DNA from: Patescibacteria group bacterium
Lineage (GTDB): Bacteria > Patescibacteriota > Microgenomatia > UBA10105 > UBA927
DNA: 64,000 nucleotides
Direction: 5' to 3'
NCBI GenBank assembly: GCA_049322955.1
Contig: JBMOPU010000012.1
Coordinates: 147,581 to 211,580 of the forward strand
Below are positions 1 to 9,760 of this stretch, piece by piece (the first letter of the stretch is position 1; every line of letters begins with the position of its first letter). The notes beneath the pieces are model-generated. The model saw only the letters and a list, made by a program, of their open reading frames with translations. It searched no databases and was not told where the DNA came from. Position numbers and translations under genes: made by a program.

Positions 1-759
1 GTGAACGGTGTTCCCCGTCGCGTCATAGACATGATCGGGCATATCCGTGCCGTGCTTTTCTGGCCGGAAGATTTAGAGATCGTGACGGATAGTCCGAGCA
101 TCCGAAGGCGCTATCTTGATACGGTACTGGTTCAGGTGGACCGGGAGTACCGGCGCAACCTGCTTTCCTATGAGCGGGGGATACGACAGAGGAATAAACT
201 GCTCGATCTGATCGCCGAGGGTAAAGCCAGCAGATCACAGTTGCTTTTTTGGGATCAATTGCTCATCAAAGCCGGTGGCTATATCACCGAAAAACGTGTC
301 GCCTTCATTGAATTTGTGAATACAACGGCGATTACCGGGCATACGTTTATGGTCTCTTATGATAAGAGCGTCATTTCCGAAGCGCGACTCGATCAGTATT
401 CCCAGGAAGAAGTGTATGCAAAGTCAACGTTAGTAGGCCCGCATCGCGATGACTTTGCCTTGTTCAGTCAATCACATGAAGAGGATGGGGCAAGCTTTCG
501 CGATGTCAGCAAATTCGGTTCCCGCGGACAACAACGTTTGGTTGTTTTATGGCTAAAGCTTGCAGAGCTCTCCTACATAGAACGGGAAACGGGAGATCGT
601 CCGGTCCTTCTTTTGGACGATATTTTTTCCGAATTGGACATTTCTCATCGGGAACTCATCGCATCGGTGGTACAAAAACAACAAACCATCATCACCAGTG
701 CCGACAAAGAATCCGTCCCCCGGGAGCTACAGAACATCGCCCGAATCATTTCGTTATAA
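1..759 (+). CDS. recF: DNA replication/repair protein RecF, C-terminal part (5' end lies upstream of the window)
   Basis: The ORF is open from base 1. It carries the RecF C-terminal signature LLLDDIFSELD (Walker B/D-loop) and the conserved ATPase C-terminal region. Confidence 0.88.
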   Translation: MNGVPRRVIDMIGHIRAVLFWPEDLEIVTDSPSIRRRYLDTVLVQVDREYRRNLLSYERGIRQRNKLLDLIAEGKASRSQLLFWDQLLIKAGGYITEKRVAFIEFVNTTAITGHTFMVSYDKSVISEARLDQYSQEEVYAKSTLVGPHRDDFALFSQSHEEDGASFRDVSKFGSRGQQRLVVLWLKLAELSYIERETGDRPVLLLDDIFSELDISHRELIASVVQKQQTIITSADKESVPRELQNIARIISL

Positions 760-766
760 TACGGCT

Positions 767-1633
767 ATGCAAAAGGTAGGGCAACAGCATTTGCGATCCT
801 TACAATTGCCCAAAAAAGGATCCCACAAAGGGCAAAACGGGCGATTGCTTATTATCGGCGGAAGCCGTCTCTTCCATGCGGCCAGTATTTGGGCGTTGGA
901 AGTCGCTTCACGAGTCGTCGATTTAGTGCACTACTCTTCAGTGCCCGAAAACAACAAACTGGTTCAGAAGATAAAAGCATCATTTCGGGACGGCATGGTG
1001 ATTGCCCGTGAAGACATCGATGCGTATATAGAAGAGGATGATAGCATCCTCATCGGTCCCGGGATGATGCGAGATGAGGAAACGGCAACCCTGACACACG
1101 GATTACTTACCCGTTATCCGCACAAGCAGTGGATTATAGATGCCGGGGCACTCCAAATGCTTTCCTTATCCGATATCCCGTATAACGCGATCGTCACGCC
1201 GCATCATCAGGAATTTGCCGGACTGTGGAAAAAAATGTGCGAAGAACACCCCGAGTATCAGGAAGCCGTAACCGATCAGGATAAGGTGCAAGCATTCGCA
1301 AAAACCTATCGTTGCATTGTCCTTTTGAAAGGCGAAACGGATATCGCGGTTTCTGGCGGAACCTGTGACGCGTCCGTTTGTCAGCCCGGTGAAATTTATG
1401 CGGTGAGCGGGGGGAACCCGGGGATGACCAAAGGCGGCACCGGAGATGTACTGGCGGGTCTTATTGCCGCGTTAAGTTGTACGAATGATCCGTTTCTTGC
1501 GGTGCTTGTCGGGAGTTATGTGAATAAAACTGCGGGAGATGATCTGTATCGACGGGTAGGTCCGTTTTTTAACGCCTCCGATCTCACGCGGCAAATTCCC
1601 CTCACATTGAAACGTATCCTTATCGGCAAATAG
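767..1633 (+). CDS. nnrD: ADP-dependent NAD(P)H-hydrate dehydratase (YjeF C-terminal carbohydrate-kinase-like domain)
   Basis: Motifs HKGQNGRLLIIGGS and GGTGDVLAGLIAAL are typical of YjeF_C/Nnr. The first in-frame ATG follows the recF stop at 757-759. Confidence 0.8.
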   Translation: MQKVGQQHLRSLQLPKKGSHKGQNGRLLIIGGSRLFHAASIWALEVASRVVDLVHYSSVPENNKLVQKIKASFRDGMVIAREDIDAYIEEDDSILIGPGMMRDEETATLTHGLLTRYPHKQWIIDAGALQMLSLSDIPYNAIVTPHHQEFAGLWKKMCEEHPEYQEAVTDQDKVQAFAKTYRCIVLLKGETDIAVSGGTCDASVCQPGEIYAVSGGNPGMTKGGTGDVLAGLIAALSCTNDPFLAVLVGSYVNKTAGDDLYRRVGPFFNASDLTRQIPLTLKRILIGK

Positions 1634-1979
1634 TCCTCGGACTGTGCCAGCAATCCTTTCCATCAACCTCCGTATAGACCCAATGGTCGGGAGTTGCAGG
1701 AAATTTTTCTTTCTTTCCCCAGTACCATCCGCGAATGAATTCGTCACCGGAAAACCCCTGTGAAACTGGTACCGGTGTGGGGGTAATACGCCGTGTGATA
1801 TTCGTCGGCGGTTGTTGTTTCTGTGGCGTGCGATAGGAGAAATACACGCTGATAAATACGGGAATACAGATAACCAGGAATAGGACCAGAAGGAGCCAGG
1901 GGGGGACGCGGTCATCCGAGTCGTTTTTGCGGGGGACAGAGAGGTGGGAAGTCTGATCAATCGGTGTATCGCCAATCAT
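1620..1979 (-). CDS. hypothetical small single-pass membrane protein
   Basis: A 119-aa ORF with one clear hydrophobic helix (WLLLVLFLVICIPVFISVYFSY). It overlaps the nnr 3' end by 14 nt. The overlapping 167-aa minus-frame ORF was rejected. Confidence 0.4.
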   Translation of the reverse strand: MIGDTPIDQTSHLSVPRKNDSDDRVPPWLLLVLFLVICIPVFISVYFSYRTPQKQQPPTNITRRITPTPVPVSQGFSGDEFIRGWYWGKKEKFPATPDHWVYTEVDGKDCWHSPRTICR

Positions 1980-2089
1980 ACTCCTTCATAGTAACGTACC
2001 GCTAAAAAGGAGTAAAGTACAGGGTGTATTCTGCTTGTGTTTTACAGAGGGTGCGGGTATTATACAGGAATAGTGCGGGAATAAATTCT

Positions 2090-3133
2090 ATGTATCAGCC
2101 TCAATTTTCGATAACCAACAAGATCTTAAAGTACATCGGCATTATTGAAGCGGCCAAAGAGGTCATCGAAAACAGTCCCCTTGTTCCCGCATGGGAAGCA
2201 AAATTCCGTGAGGAAGCGTTGGTGAGGACCGTACATCACGGTACCCATATCGAAGGGAATGATCTCTCGAGAACTGAGGCGGAAAAGGTGCTTGCCGGGC
2301 ATACCATCGTCGGGAGAGAACGGGATATTCAGGAAGTCTTAAATTATCGAAATGTGCTTCGGTTTATCGGTGACTTTCAGGGAAAGCAGATTACCGAGGA
2401 GGTGATAAAACATCTTCATTCGCTCGTTGCGCACCGCATTCTTCCCGAAGAACAGGTGGGGGAGTATCGCAAAACGCAGGTGGTCGTGAAGAATGCCCAA
2501 ACCGGTGAAATTACGTTCCGTCCCCCTCCTTCTGTCGAGGTCCCTTTTTTGCTGTCTGACTTTGTCGCATGGTTAAATGCGTTGGGAGATCAGGAGCTCC
2601 ATCCCGCACTCAAGGCGGCGATTGTGCATTATGAGTTGGTACGCATTCATCCTTTTTTGGACGGCAACGGGCGAGTTGCCAGAGCCGTGGCAACCCTGGT
2701 ACTTTTTTGTGAAGGATACGACATAAAACGATTCTTCTCTTTGGAAGAGTATTACGATCGGGACCCAATGCACTATTATGAGGCGCTTCAAAGTGTGGGG
2801 AAAAGCGAGGGAAACCTGAGTGCCTGGATTGAGTATTTTAGCGAGGGTCTCGCCATTGAACTCACGCGCATTAAGGAGAAAGTAAAATCGCTCTCAACGG
2901 ACTTGAAGATTAAGAAATCTCTGGGCGGACAACAGCTGGCGTTGACTGAACGGCAAATCAAAATTATCGAATTTATGCAGGAACAGGGGTTCTTGCAAAA
3001 TAAAGCTTTTTTTGAGCTTTTTCCTCAAGTGTCCGAAGATACCGTGCTTCGCGAATTGAAGGACTTGCTAAAAAAGGGTATAGTCAAAAAAGAGGGGTCA
3101 ACAAAAGGGGCGAAATACGTGCTTCGCACCTAG
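2090..3133 (+). CDS. Fic/Doc family protein (Fido domain, probable AMPylator) with C-terminal winged-helix-like region
   Basis: A perfect Fic motif HPFLDGNGRVAR is present. I chose the internal ATG (MYQPQFS...) as the start rather than the ORF-track upstream start. Confidence 0.88.
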   Translation: MYQPQFSITNKILKYIGIIEAAKEVIENSPLVPAWEAKFREEALVRTVHHGTHIEGNDLSRTEAEKVLAGHTIVGRERDIQEVLNYRNVLRFIGDFQGKQITEEVIKHLHSLVAHRILPEEQVGEYRKTQVVVKNAQTGEITFRPPPSVEVPFLLSDFVAWLNALGDQELHPALKAAIVHYELVRIHPFLDGNGRVARAVATLVLFCEGYDIKRFFSLEEYYDRDPMHYYEALQSVGKSEGNLSAWIEYFSEGLAIELTRIKEKVKSLSTDLKIKKSLGGQQLALTERQIKIIEFMQEQGFLQNKAFFELFPQVSEDTVLRELKDLLKKGIVKKEGSTKGAKYVLRT

Positions 3134-3136
3134 CCC

Positions 3137-3337
3137 GTGTTCGGCTTGTCTATGGATTTTTCAACGTCAGCAATCATCTATGCACTGCTTATTATTCCCA
3201 CATTTTTTGCGCTTACCGTGTGTGCGCAAGGGATAACGAAATTGGTAAAAGGTGAGACGGACGGTCCTGTTGCGATCGGCTTCGGTATCTTTCTTCTCGT
3301 GCTTATCGCCGCCGCGTATTTTTTGTTTATTCGGTAG
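3137..3337 (+). CDS. hypothetical small two-helix membrane protein
   Basis: A 66-aa ORF with two hydrophobic segments. There is no motif support beyond hydrophobicity. Confidence 0.35.
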   Translation: MFGLSMDFSTSAIIYALLIIPTFFALTVCAQGITKLVKGETDGPVAIGFGIFLLVLIAAAYFLFIR

Positions 3338-3346
3338 GCATAACCT

Positions 3347-5062
3347 ATGCAGTTTTCTTCCTTAGCAGATTTCCTTTCCCGACTTGAAACCACTGCGTCA
3401 CGCAATACGATAACGGAGATATTAAGCGACCTATTTTCGGATGCCCACGCCGATGAGATTGCAAAACTCTGTTATCTCCTGCAGGGACGGGTATGTCCGT
3501 TGTATGAGGATGTTGAATTCGGCATGGCGGAAAAATTTATCATCCGTGCGATTGCCCAGGCATATGATGCACCGCAGGAAGAAGTCATCACTCAGTTCAA
3601 AAAACTCGGTGATATCGGCAAGGTCGCGGAATCACTCTATCGGGGCAAGCCGAAGCAGATGAGTGTTACCGCGGTGTTTGAAGCCCTGTATGCGATTGCA
3701 ACGGAAGGGGGAGCGGGATCCCAGGAAAAAAAGATCGGTCTTCTTGCGGAACTCCTCAGGAGCGTCGATGCACTTTCCGCCCGCTATATCGTACGTATTC
3801 CCTTGGACAAACTGCGGTTGGGTTTTTCTGAAATGACGATTCTGGACAGCTTATCGTGGATGCTTGCAAAGGATAAATCGCTCCGACGTGAACTTGAATG
3901 GGTATATAACGTGCGACCGGATATCGGATATATTGCCGAAACAGTCAAACGTGACGGAATCCATGGACTGTCGCACATCCGTGCCCGTGTGGGATCTCCG
4001 GTACTTGCGGAATTATCACAGCGGTTACCGACGGCGGACGACATGATTAAAAAGATGGGTGAGGTTGCCGTTGAGCCGAAATACGATGGCGTGCGCGTCG
4101 AACTGCATTTTAAGCGGGGCAAATGGGTACGGACATTTTCTAGAAACCTGGAAAACACCACGGCGATGTTTCCCGAACTTGCCGCGGTCGGTAACGAGCT
4201 TGATGCGGATGAGGTTATCCTCGACGGCGAGGCGGTCGGTATTGACCCCAAAACAGGAAAAACCGTCTCGTTTCAGGAAACAACAACGCGAAAAAGAAAA
4301 CATGGCATAGCACTTGCCGCAGAGAACATGCCGGTAACGTTTTTTGTCTTTGACATCCTCTATAAGGACGGTAAAGATTTGCTTGACGTGCCGCTTTCCG
4401 AACGAAGAAAAATACTGGAAAAAACGATACTCCCCAAAAAACTTCTTGCGGTAACTCCGCAGATAGTCACCCGAAGCGCTGACACGCTCCGTGCGTATCA
4501 TGATACACAGCTTCGTCTCGGCTTAGAGGGAGCGATGGTAAAGAAGTGGGACAGCCCGTATGAGCCGGGGAGGAGGGGTTTTTCCTGGGTAAAATTTAAG
4601 GAAGAAGAGGGGAAGGCCGGTAAGCTTACCGATACTATTGACGGAGTGGTTATGGGCTATTATCTGGGCGAGGGGAAGCGAACGGCATTCGGCATCGGTG
4701 CATTCCTGGTCGGGGTCAAAAAGGGTGAACAATTCGTGACGGTTACCAAGGTGGGTACCGGAGTAAGCGATGCGCTATGGAAAGAGCTGAAAGAGCAACT
4801 TCATGCCATAAAGGAAATAACGATGCCCGGCGCTTATCACGACGTGCACAAGACGCTTATTCCCGACGTTTGGGTAAGCCCGTGCGTGGTGGTTGAGCTT
4901 GCGGGTGACGATCTTACCAAGTCGCCGACGCACGGAGCGGGGTATGCGGTGCGATTCCCTCGTCTGGTAAAAATCCGTACGGATAAAGGCAGTGGGCAGG
5001 TTACCACGGTAGAGGAAGTGAAGCAGATGTTTGCCAACCAAAAAACAAAAACAAAGAAATAA
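3347..5062 (+). CDS. lig: ATP-dependent DNA ligase (archaeal/eukaryotic-type adenylation plus OB domains)
   Basis: The ligase adenylation motif I EPKYDGVRV is present, with downstream motifs of the ATP-ligase family. The length (571 aa) is typical. Confidence 0.88.
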   Translation: MQFSSLADFLSRLETTASRNTITEILSDLFSDAHADEIAKLCYLLQGRVCPLYEDVEFGMAEKFIIRAIAQAYDAPQEEVITQFKKLGDIGKVAESLYRGKPKQMSVTAVFEALYAIATEGGAGSQEKKIGLLAELLRSVDALSARYIVRIPLDKLRLGFSEMTILDSLSWMLAKDKSLRRELEWVYNVRPDIGYIAETVKRDGIHGLSHIRARVGSPVLAELSQRLPTADDMIKKMGEVAVEPKYDGVRVELHFKRGKWVRTFSRNLENTTAMFPELAAVGNELDADEVILDGEAVGIDPKTGKTVSFQETTTRKRKHGIALAAENMPVTFFVFDILYKDGKDLLDVPLSERRKILEKTILPKKLLAVTPQIVTRSADTLRAYHDTQLRLGLEGAMVKKWDSPYEPGRRGFSWVKFKEEEGKAGKLTDTIDGVVMGYYLGEGKRTAFGIGAFLVGVKKGEQFVTVTKVGTGVSDALWKELKEQLHAIKEITMPGAYHDVHKTLIPDVWVSPCVVVELAGDDLTKSPTHGAGYAVRFPRLVKIRTDKGSGQVTTVEEVKQMFANQKTKTKK

Positions 5063-5130
5063 CGCCATCTCCCCCCGCAAGTTTGCTCCAAAGCCCCAAT
5101 CCTCGTATAATACGAACGCGACATACACGT

Positions 5131-5952
5131 ATGAAGCGGGCCTTATTTTCCATCATAATCCCGACACTAAACGAGGAAAAATTTCTTCCGCGGTTACTTG
5201 ACTCACTGGTTGCCCAATCCGACAAAAATTTTGAAGTTATTATCGTTGACGGATCCTCGCGTGACAAAACGGTGTCCGTTGCCAAAAAATATACGGCAAA
5301 ACTTCCGAGTCTCAAGATTATCCAAGTGAAAAAACCGAGCTTACCGCTCCAACGGAATCTCGGGGCAAAAGCGGCGAAAGGGGATTGGTTCGTGTTTGTT
5401 GATGCCGACAGCATCTTTCTCCCGTACTTTACCCAGCGTATTGCCGTTTTTATCGAACAAACCAAATCGCGTCTTTTTACCACCTGGTTCCGTTCAGACA
5501 CCGATGATCCGAAGGATGGCGTATATACGTTGCTTGGGAACGCCTATCTCGAAGCAACACTGATTTTCAAGAAACCACTCACGCCGGGTCCGTTGACGAT
5601 TGTAACCCGGGAAGCCTTTGACGAAGTCGGCGGTTATGACGAATCGCATGCCTATAATGAGGATGTCGACTTCGGATTACGGCTGTATAGGGCAGGTATT
5701 CATTTGGACATGCTACGGGAAACGCTGTGTGTTCTCTCGTTACGCCGATTTCGAAAAGAAGGGACACTCAAAGTGCTTAATCAGTATATAGTCAGCCTCT
5801 TTCCCATTCTGTTATTTAATCGATCCATGAAACATATGCCCGGATACATTATGGGAGGGCACCTCTACGGCAAGAAAAAAAAGCTTCGGCGGCCGGTACT
5901 GAAAGGGTATGAAAAAAAATTAAAAGAATTCCTCAAGGAATTATTTGCCTAA
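5131..5952 (+). CDS. family 2 glycosyltransferase
   Basis: N-terminal FSIIIPTLNEE...VIIVDGSS and the DAD-type FVFVDADS motif indicate a GT-A fold. Confidence 0.85.
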   Translation: MKRALFSIIIPTLNEEKFLPRLLDSLVAQSDKNFEVIIVDGSSRDKTVSVAKKYTAKLPSLKIIQVKKPSLPLQRNLGAKAAKGDWFVFVDADSIFLPYFTQRIAVFIEQTKSRLFTTWFRSDTDDPKDGVYTLLGNAYLEATLIFKKPLTPGPLTIVTREAFDEVGGYDESHAYNEDVDFGLRLYRAGIHLDMLRETLCVLSLRRFRKEGTLKVLNQYIVSLFPILLFNRSMKHMPGYIMGGHLYGKKKKLRRPVLKGYEKKLKEFLKELFA

Positions 5953-5979
5953 ACGGGTGAATTTGTATAGGCTTAAACC

Positions 5980-7137
5980 ATGCGGATTCTTCTTGTTTCG
6001 GATGTCTATTTACCGACGGTCAGCGGTGTTGCGACGTCAACGGACTCCATAGCGCGATATATGGCCAAACAAGGCCATACGGTTACCCTCGTTTGTCCCA
6101 AGCCGCTTGATGCCTATATTGCTCTGAAGACGGCAGGATTGACGATCCTCTATACTCCCGGTGTCGTTGACACGCTGGTGGTCAATAAATCAATGACCGT
6201 CTTTCCCTTAGGTTTTGGTGTTTTGTGGCAGGCATTTCGTACTCAGAACTTTGATATCGTGCATATTCAGGAACCGGGATCGCTTGGGGTAACCGCGTTA
6301 TTTCTTGCAAAATGGTTCGGCGTTCCCACCGTCGGGGCACAGCATTTTTCTTGGTCGCAGATTCAAAAATTGGCGCCTGCCGCCATACGTTTTATCAGTG
6401 TGCCGTTTATGAAGTTTTACGTGCGAATATTGTATTCGTTATATGACGTCATTATGGTGCCGACGCGTACGGCAAAAACAGAGCTTGAAGCGATTATGGG
6501 CGGAAAACGGTCAATATATCCGGTGTCAAACGGCGTGGATACGACCGTATATACGCCGGGAGAAGGGAATAAGGCTCCTTTGCGAGCGAAATATCGGCTT
6601 CCGAAAGCATTGCCGATATTTCTCTATATCGGACGATTAGACAGGGATAAAAATATTGAAACCATTCTTCGTGCCGCGGCAAAAGCAACCGTGCCGCACC
6701 ACCTTGTTATTGCGGGAGTAGGTAAGGAACGGGAAACCTTGATGCTCCTTGCTGAAACGTTGAAACTTTCCAATATCACCTGGATTGGTGAGGTGCAAAA
6801 ACCCATGATTATTGATCTCTATCGGCTTGCAGACGTCTTTGTCATCATGTCTCCGGTCGAAACCCAAAGCATTGTCGCGCTCCAGGCAATTTCATGCGGC
6901 TTGCCGCTGATAGCGGCAAATGCGGGAGCGTTGCCCGAGCTCGTTAACGGCAAAAACGGACAGCTGGTGGATACGTATGATGTCGTGACGCTCGCCACGG
7001 TAATGGATGAGTATGCAACCGACCAAGCAAAGCGCGATGCCATGGGGAAAGCAAGTCGAGCGTTGAGCATAACACACCACAAACCTACCGTTCTTGCGAA
7101 GCTCGAAGCGTTGTATAAGAAAGTGGGGAAGACATAA
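5980..7137 (+). CDS. family 4 (GT1-clan) glycosyltransferase
   Basis: The N-terminus MRILLVSDVYLPTVSGVA and a C-terminal GT-B E-x7-E region are present. Confidence 0.82.
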   Translation: MRILLVSDVYLPTVSGVATSTDSIARYMAKQGHTVTLVCPKPLDAYIALKTAGLTILYTPGVVDTLVVNKSMTVFPLGFGVLWQAFRTQNFDIVHIQEPGSLGVTALFLAKWFGVPTVGAQHFSWSQIQKLAPAAIRFISVPFMKFYVRILYSLYDVIMVPTRTAKTELEAIMGGKRSIYPVSNGVDTTVYTPGEGNKAPLRAKYRLPKALPIFLYIGRLDRDKNIETILRAAAKATVPHHLVIAGVGKERETLMLLAETLKLSNITWIGEVQKPMIIDLYRLADVFVIMSPVETQSIVALQAISCGLPLIAANAGALPELVNGKNGQLVDTYDVVTLATVMDEYATDQAKRDAMGKASRALSITHHKPTVLAKLEALYKKVGKT

Positions 7138-7332
7138 TCTCCTTTTGACAACCAGTTGTATTAGCGGCATCCTTTTTCGATTTGCTGAACGCATACGTAT
7201 GGCATATCCCTTCCACTGCCCGTTGATTGGTGTCATCAACAATTGACGATGTGAAAAAAAACATGGTATGGTGGAAAAGACCTGCGTGACCTCTGATGGC
7301 ATACATCGCGGGGAGGAAGGAGGTGATACGAA

Positions 7333-7662
7333 ATGGCAGATAAAGGAAATGAGAATCTCATGGGAGCGGTAAGTTACCTCTTAGGATTCGTTACCGGTAT
7401 TATCATGTTGCTTTTGGAAAAGCAGAGTAAATTCGTGCGCTTTCACGCAATGCAATCCACGATTCTTTTCGGTGGAGTGTTTGTGGCAAACATCGCGCTC
7501 GGATTTCTTCCGATAATCGGATGGCTCCTTGGGTTGCTGTTAAGCTTTACGTCGTTTATCTTGTGGATCGTGTGTATGTGGAAAGCGTTCCAGGGAGAAA
7601 CGTACAAGGTTCCTTATGTTGGAGAACTTGCTGAAAAGCAACTTTCCAAGATGGGGAAGTAA
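7333..7662 (+). CDS. DUF4870-like small membrane protein
   Basis: The FHAMQS motif lies between hydrophobic helices. Confidence 0.55.
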   Translation: MADKGNENLMGAVSYLLGFVTGIIMLLLEKQSKFVRFHAMQSTILFGGVFVANIALGFLPIIGWLLGLLLSFTSFILWIVCMWKAFQGETYKVPYVGELAEKQLSKMGK

Positions 7663-7724
7663 GTGCTGTGTTGATCAACACATGATCGGCACCTTGGCGG
7701 TAATTTCAGTCGGGTGCTGGTCAC

Positions 7725-8351
7725 GTGTTACTCAAAAACAGACGGGATGCCGGTGTTCTTCTTGCCGAACATATCAGGCCGCATATCCGCGCGCCGTTTC
7801 TCCTGTTGGGGCTTGCTCGAGGCGGCGTTGCCGTAGCGGCAGGTGTTGCCGGTGAGCTCGCCTCCCCGTTTGATGTACTGGTAGTGAAAAAACTCGGTAG
7901 TCCGCACAATCCTGAATTTGCCATCGGTGCCTTGGCTCCGGATAAAGTCAGTGTTATCCACCGGAGAGATGCGGAGAAATCGGGGATGGATTCGGTGCAT
8001 CTTGAACGGGAAATTGAATTACTTTCCGATGATATTAAAAAGGGAATGCAACGATATCGCAAAGGAAAAAAACCGTTGGCTATTTCGGGCAAAACAGTCG
8101 TACTTATTGATGACGGAGTGGCAACAGGGGCATCGATGGAAGCGGCGGTTGTCTGGGCGAGAAAGAAGCACGCCGCAACCATCATTGTCGCCGTTCCCGT
8201 GGTCTCTGCTACTGCGGCCGCGACCCTTCGGGGAAAAGCGGATGTGTTTTTGTCGTTGTCGATCGAACACACTTTCGGTGCGGTGGGCGAATATTATGAA
8301 GCATTTCCTCAGGTTACTGATGAAGAGGTGATACAATTACTGCGGGGGTAA
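7725..8351 (+). CDS. phosphoribosyltransferase-domain protein (GTG start)
   Basis: The PRTase PRPP-binding motif VVLIDDGVATGASM is present, with an N-terminal RRDAG segment typical of predicted PRTases. Confidence 0.72.
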   Translation: MLLKNRRDAGVLLAEHIRPHIRAPFLLLGLARGGVAVAAGVAGELASPFDVLVVKKLGSPHNPEFAIGALAPDKVSVIHRRDAEKSGMDSVHLEREIELLSDDIKKGMQRYRKGKKPLAISGKTVVLIDDGVATGASMEAAVVWARKKHAATIIVAVPVVSATAAATLRGKADVFLSLSIEHTFGAVGEYYEAFPQVTDEEVIQLLRG

Positions 8352-8356
8352 AAATT

Positions 8357-8947
8357 ATGAAACTTATCGTTGGACTCGGTAATCCGGGAGACAAATATAA
8401 AGATACCCGTCATAATGTGGGCTTTATGGTTGTGGAAAAACTTGCCCACGAATTGGGTGGGGCGGATATTCTCTGGGAACCCTCCAAAAAACACTCCGCA
8501 CTGATTGCAAAGACGGGTGAGATCGTATTGGTAAAACCCGAAACATTTATGAACGCCAGCGGAGTAGCAGTAAAGAAAATCATGTCGTTTTATCGGATTC
8601 AGCCGGAAGACGTGTGGGTTATTCATGACGATCTTGATCTGCCACTCGGGAAAATCCGGATACGCATAGGAGGTGCGTCAGCGGGTCATCACGGTATCGA
8701 CTCCGTGATTCGGGAGATAGGGAGCGATAAGTTCGTACGCATTCGTCTGGGGATCGGGAGGGGAAAAAGCGGGAGCGGTATCGTTGCCGACAGACAACTA
8801 CACCAGTCTTCAGTGATTGATTTTGTCCTTTCGAAATTCGGTCGCAGTGAGGCCGGTGAGTTTAAACACCTGGTGAAACATGGCGTTGAGGCAGTTCGTG
8901 TGGGATTATTTAAAGGCATCGACAAGGCGATGAACAGGTTTAACTAG
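8357..8947 (+). CDS. pth: peptidyl-tRNA hydrolase
   Basis: The canonical N-terminus MKLIVGLGNPG...RHNVGF is present. Confidence 0.93.
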   Translation: MKLIVGLGNPGDKYKDTRHNVGFMVVEKLAHELGGADILWEPSKKHSALIAKTGEIVLVKPETFMNASGVAVKKIMSFYRIQPEDVWVIHDDLDLPLGKIRIRIGGASAGHHGIDSVIREIGSDKFVRIRLGIGRGKSGSGIVADRQLHQSSVIDFVLSKFGRSEAGEFKHLVKHGVEAVRVGLFKGIDKAMNRFN

Positions 8948-9031
8948 AAGAAGTTGCCATCCTGAGTGTCGTTCATCTGTTCTTTGTTCTGATGTCTGCC
9001 GGATGAAGGCCGGCACACTATAAAAAACACC

Positions 9032-9295
9032 ATGCAAAAAATTGGGAGCATTCTCACCAAGTTTAATCCGTTGGAGGATAAATATATCTCGAGAGAGTTC
9101 CAGGCATACGGAATTTATCTTGCGGAAACATTGGGGGACTATAAACACAAATCTCTCTACATTCGGCTTGCCAAAACGGTTCCCCGGGCGATTCTTGAAA
9201 AAGCGTTAACATTTGTCAAAGATGCCCAAGCCACCAGTAAGGCTCGGTTGTTTATGTGGAAAATGAAGGAGCTACGAAAAGAAGGGACGGTATAA
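9032..9295 (+). CDS. hypothetical protein
   Basis: An 87-aa ORF with no recognisable motif. It sits in an operon-like position before a membrane protein. Confidence 0.4.
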   Translation: MQKIGSILTKFNPLEDKYISREFQAYGIYLAETLGDYKHKSLYIRLAKTVPRAILEKALTFVKDAQATSKARLFMWKMKELRKEGTV

Positions 9296-9296
9296 T

Positions 9297-9758
9297 ATGG
9301 AAAATATCAAAATAATGATCCGTCAGAAACCGCGGATATTCATCTATATTACCGCGGGCTATCTGTTGCTCGCCGGTCTGCTTCGTTGGGCCACGGCGCC
9401 TTCTCTCGATGCATTATGGTTTTTCGTAGGTGGTGCTATTGGGTTGTTTTTTTTGGATGCGGCGGAGGTGTTTTTTGCCCTGTCACCATCACCGTTTCGG
9501 TCTATCGTGTTCGGTGCGTTGTTTGCCGTGGTCGCGTTTTTTGTGGTGACGAGTTCAACGGGAACGATTGGGAGCGGCTTGGTACTTTCGGTATTTTTGC
9601 AGATGTTGTTATGGCAAATAGGCGAGTATCGCGTACACGGCAATATCAACAGCTGGTTTCGGATGGTGGCGGATCCCGTGCCGCCACCAACACAACGGAT
9701 GATACTTATCATCGCGGCAATCATATTTATTATTGAAAGCTATCTGTTTGTTCGTTAA
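9297..9758 (+). CDS. hypothetical multi-pass membrane protein
   Basis: Three to four hydrophobic helices. Its start is 2 nt after the previous stop. Confidence 0.5.
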   Translation: MENIKIMIRQKPRIFIYITAGYLLLAGLLRWATAPSLDALWFFVGGAIGLFFLDAAEVFFALSPSPFRSIVFGALFAVVAFFVVTSSTGTIGSGLVLSVFLQMLLWQIGEYRVHGNINSWFRMVADPVPPPTQRMILIIAAIIFIIESYLFVR

Positions 9759-9760
9759 GT

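Noticed and set aside
1472-1975. 167-aa minus-strand ORF overlapping the 119-aa ORF in another frame
   Set aside because: It has no hydrophobic or motif support and is Arg-rich. The alternative frame gives a plausible single transmembrane helix. Only one can be real and neither is certain.
3784-5128. Minus-strand ORFs antisense to the DNA ligase (3784-4251, 4025-4501, 4775-5128)
   Set aside because: They overlap a strongly supported CDS and show no independent signals.
7616-7855. 79-aa Cys/Arg-rich plus-strand ORF
   Set aside because: It overlaps the phosphoribosyltransferase gene out of frame, and its composition is typical of an overprinted frame.
8948-9031. Hairpin TGCCGGATGAAGGCCGGCA after pth as a terminator
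   Set aside because: The stem is followed by an A-run on the plus strand and preceded by the complementary T-run on the minus strand. That is the wrong polarity for an intrinsic terminator of pth, so it was not called.
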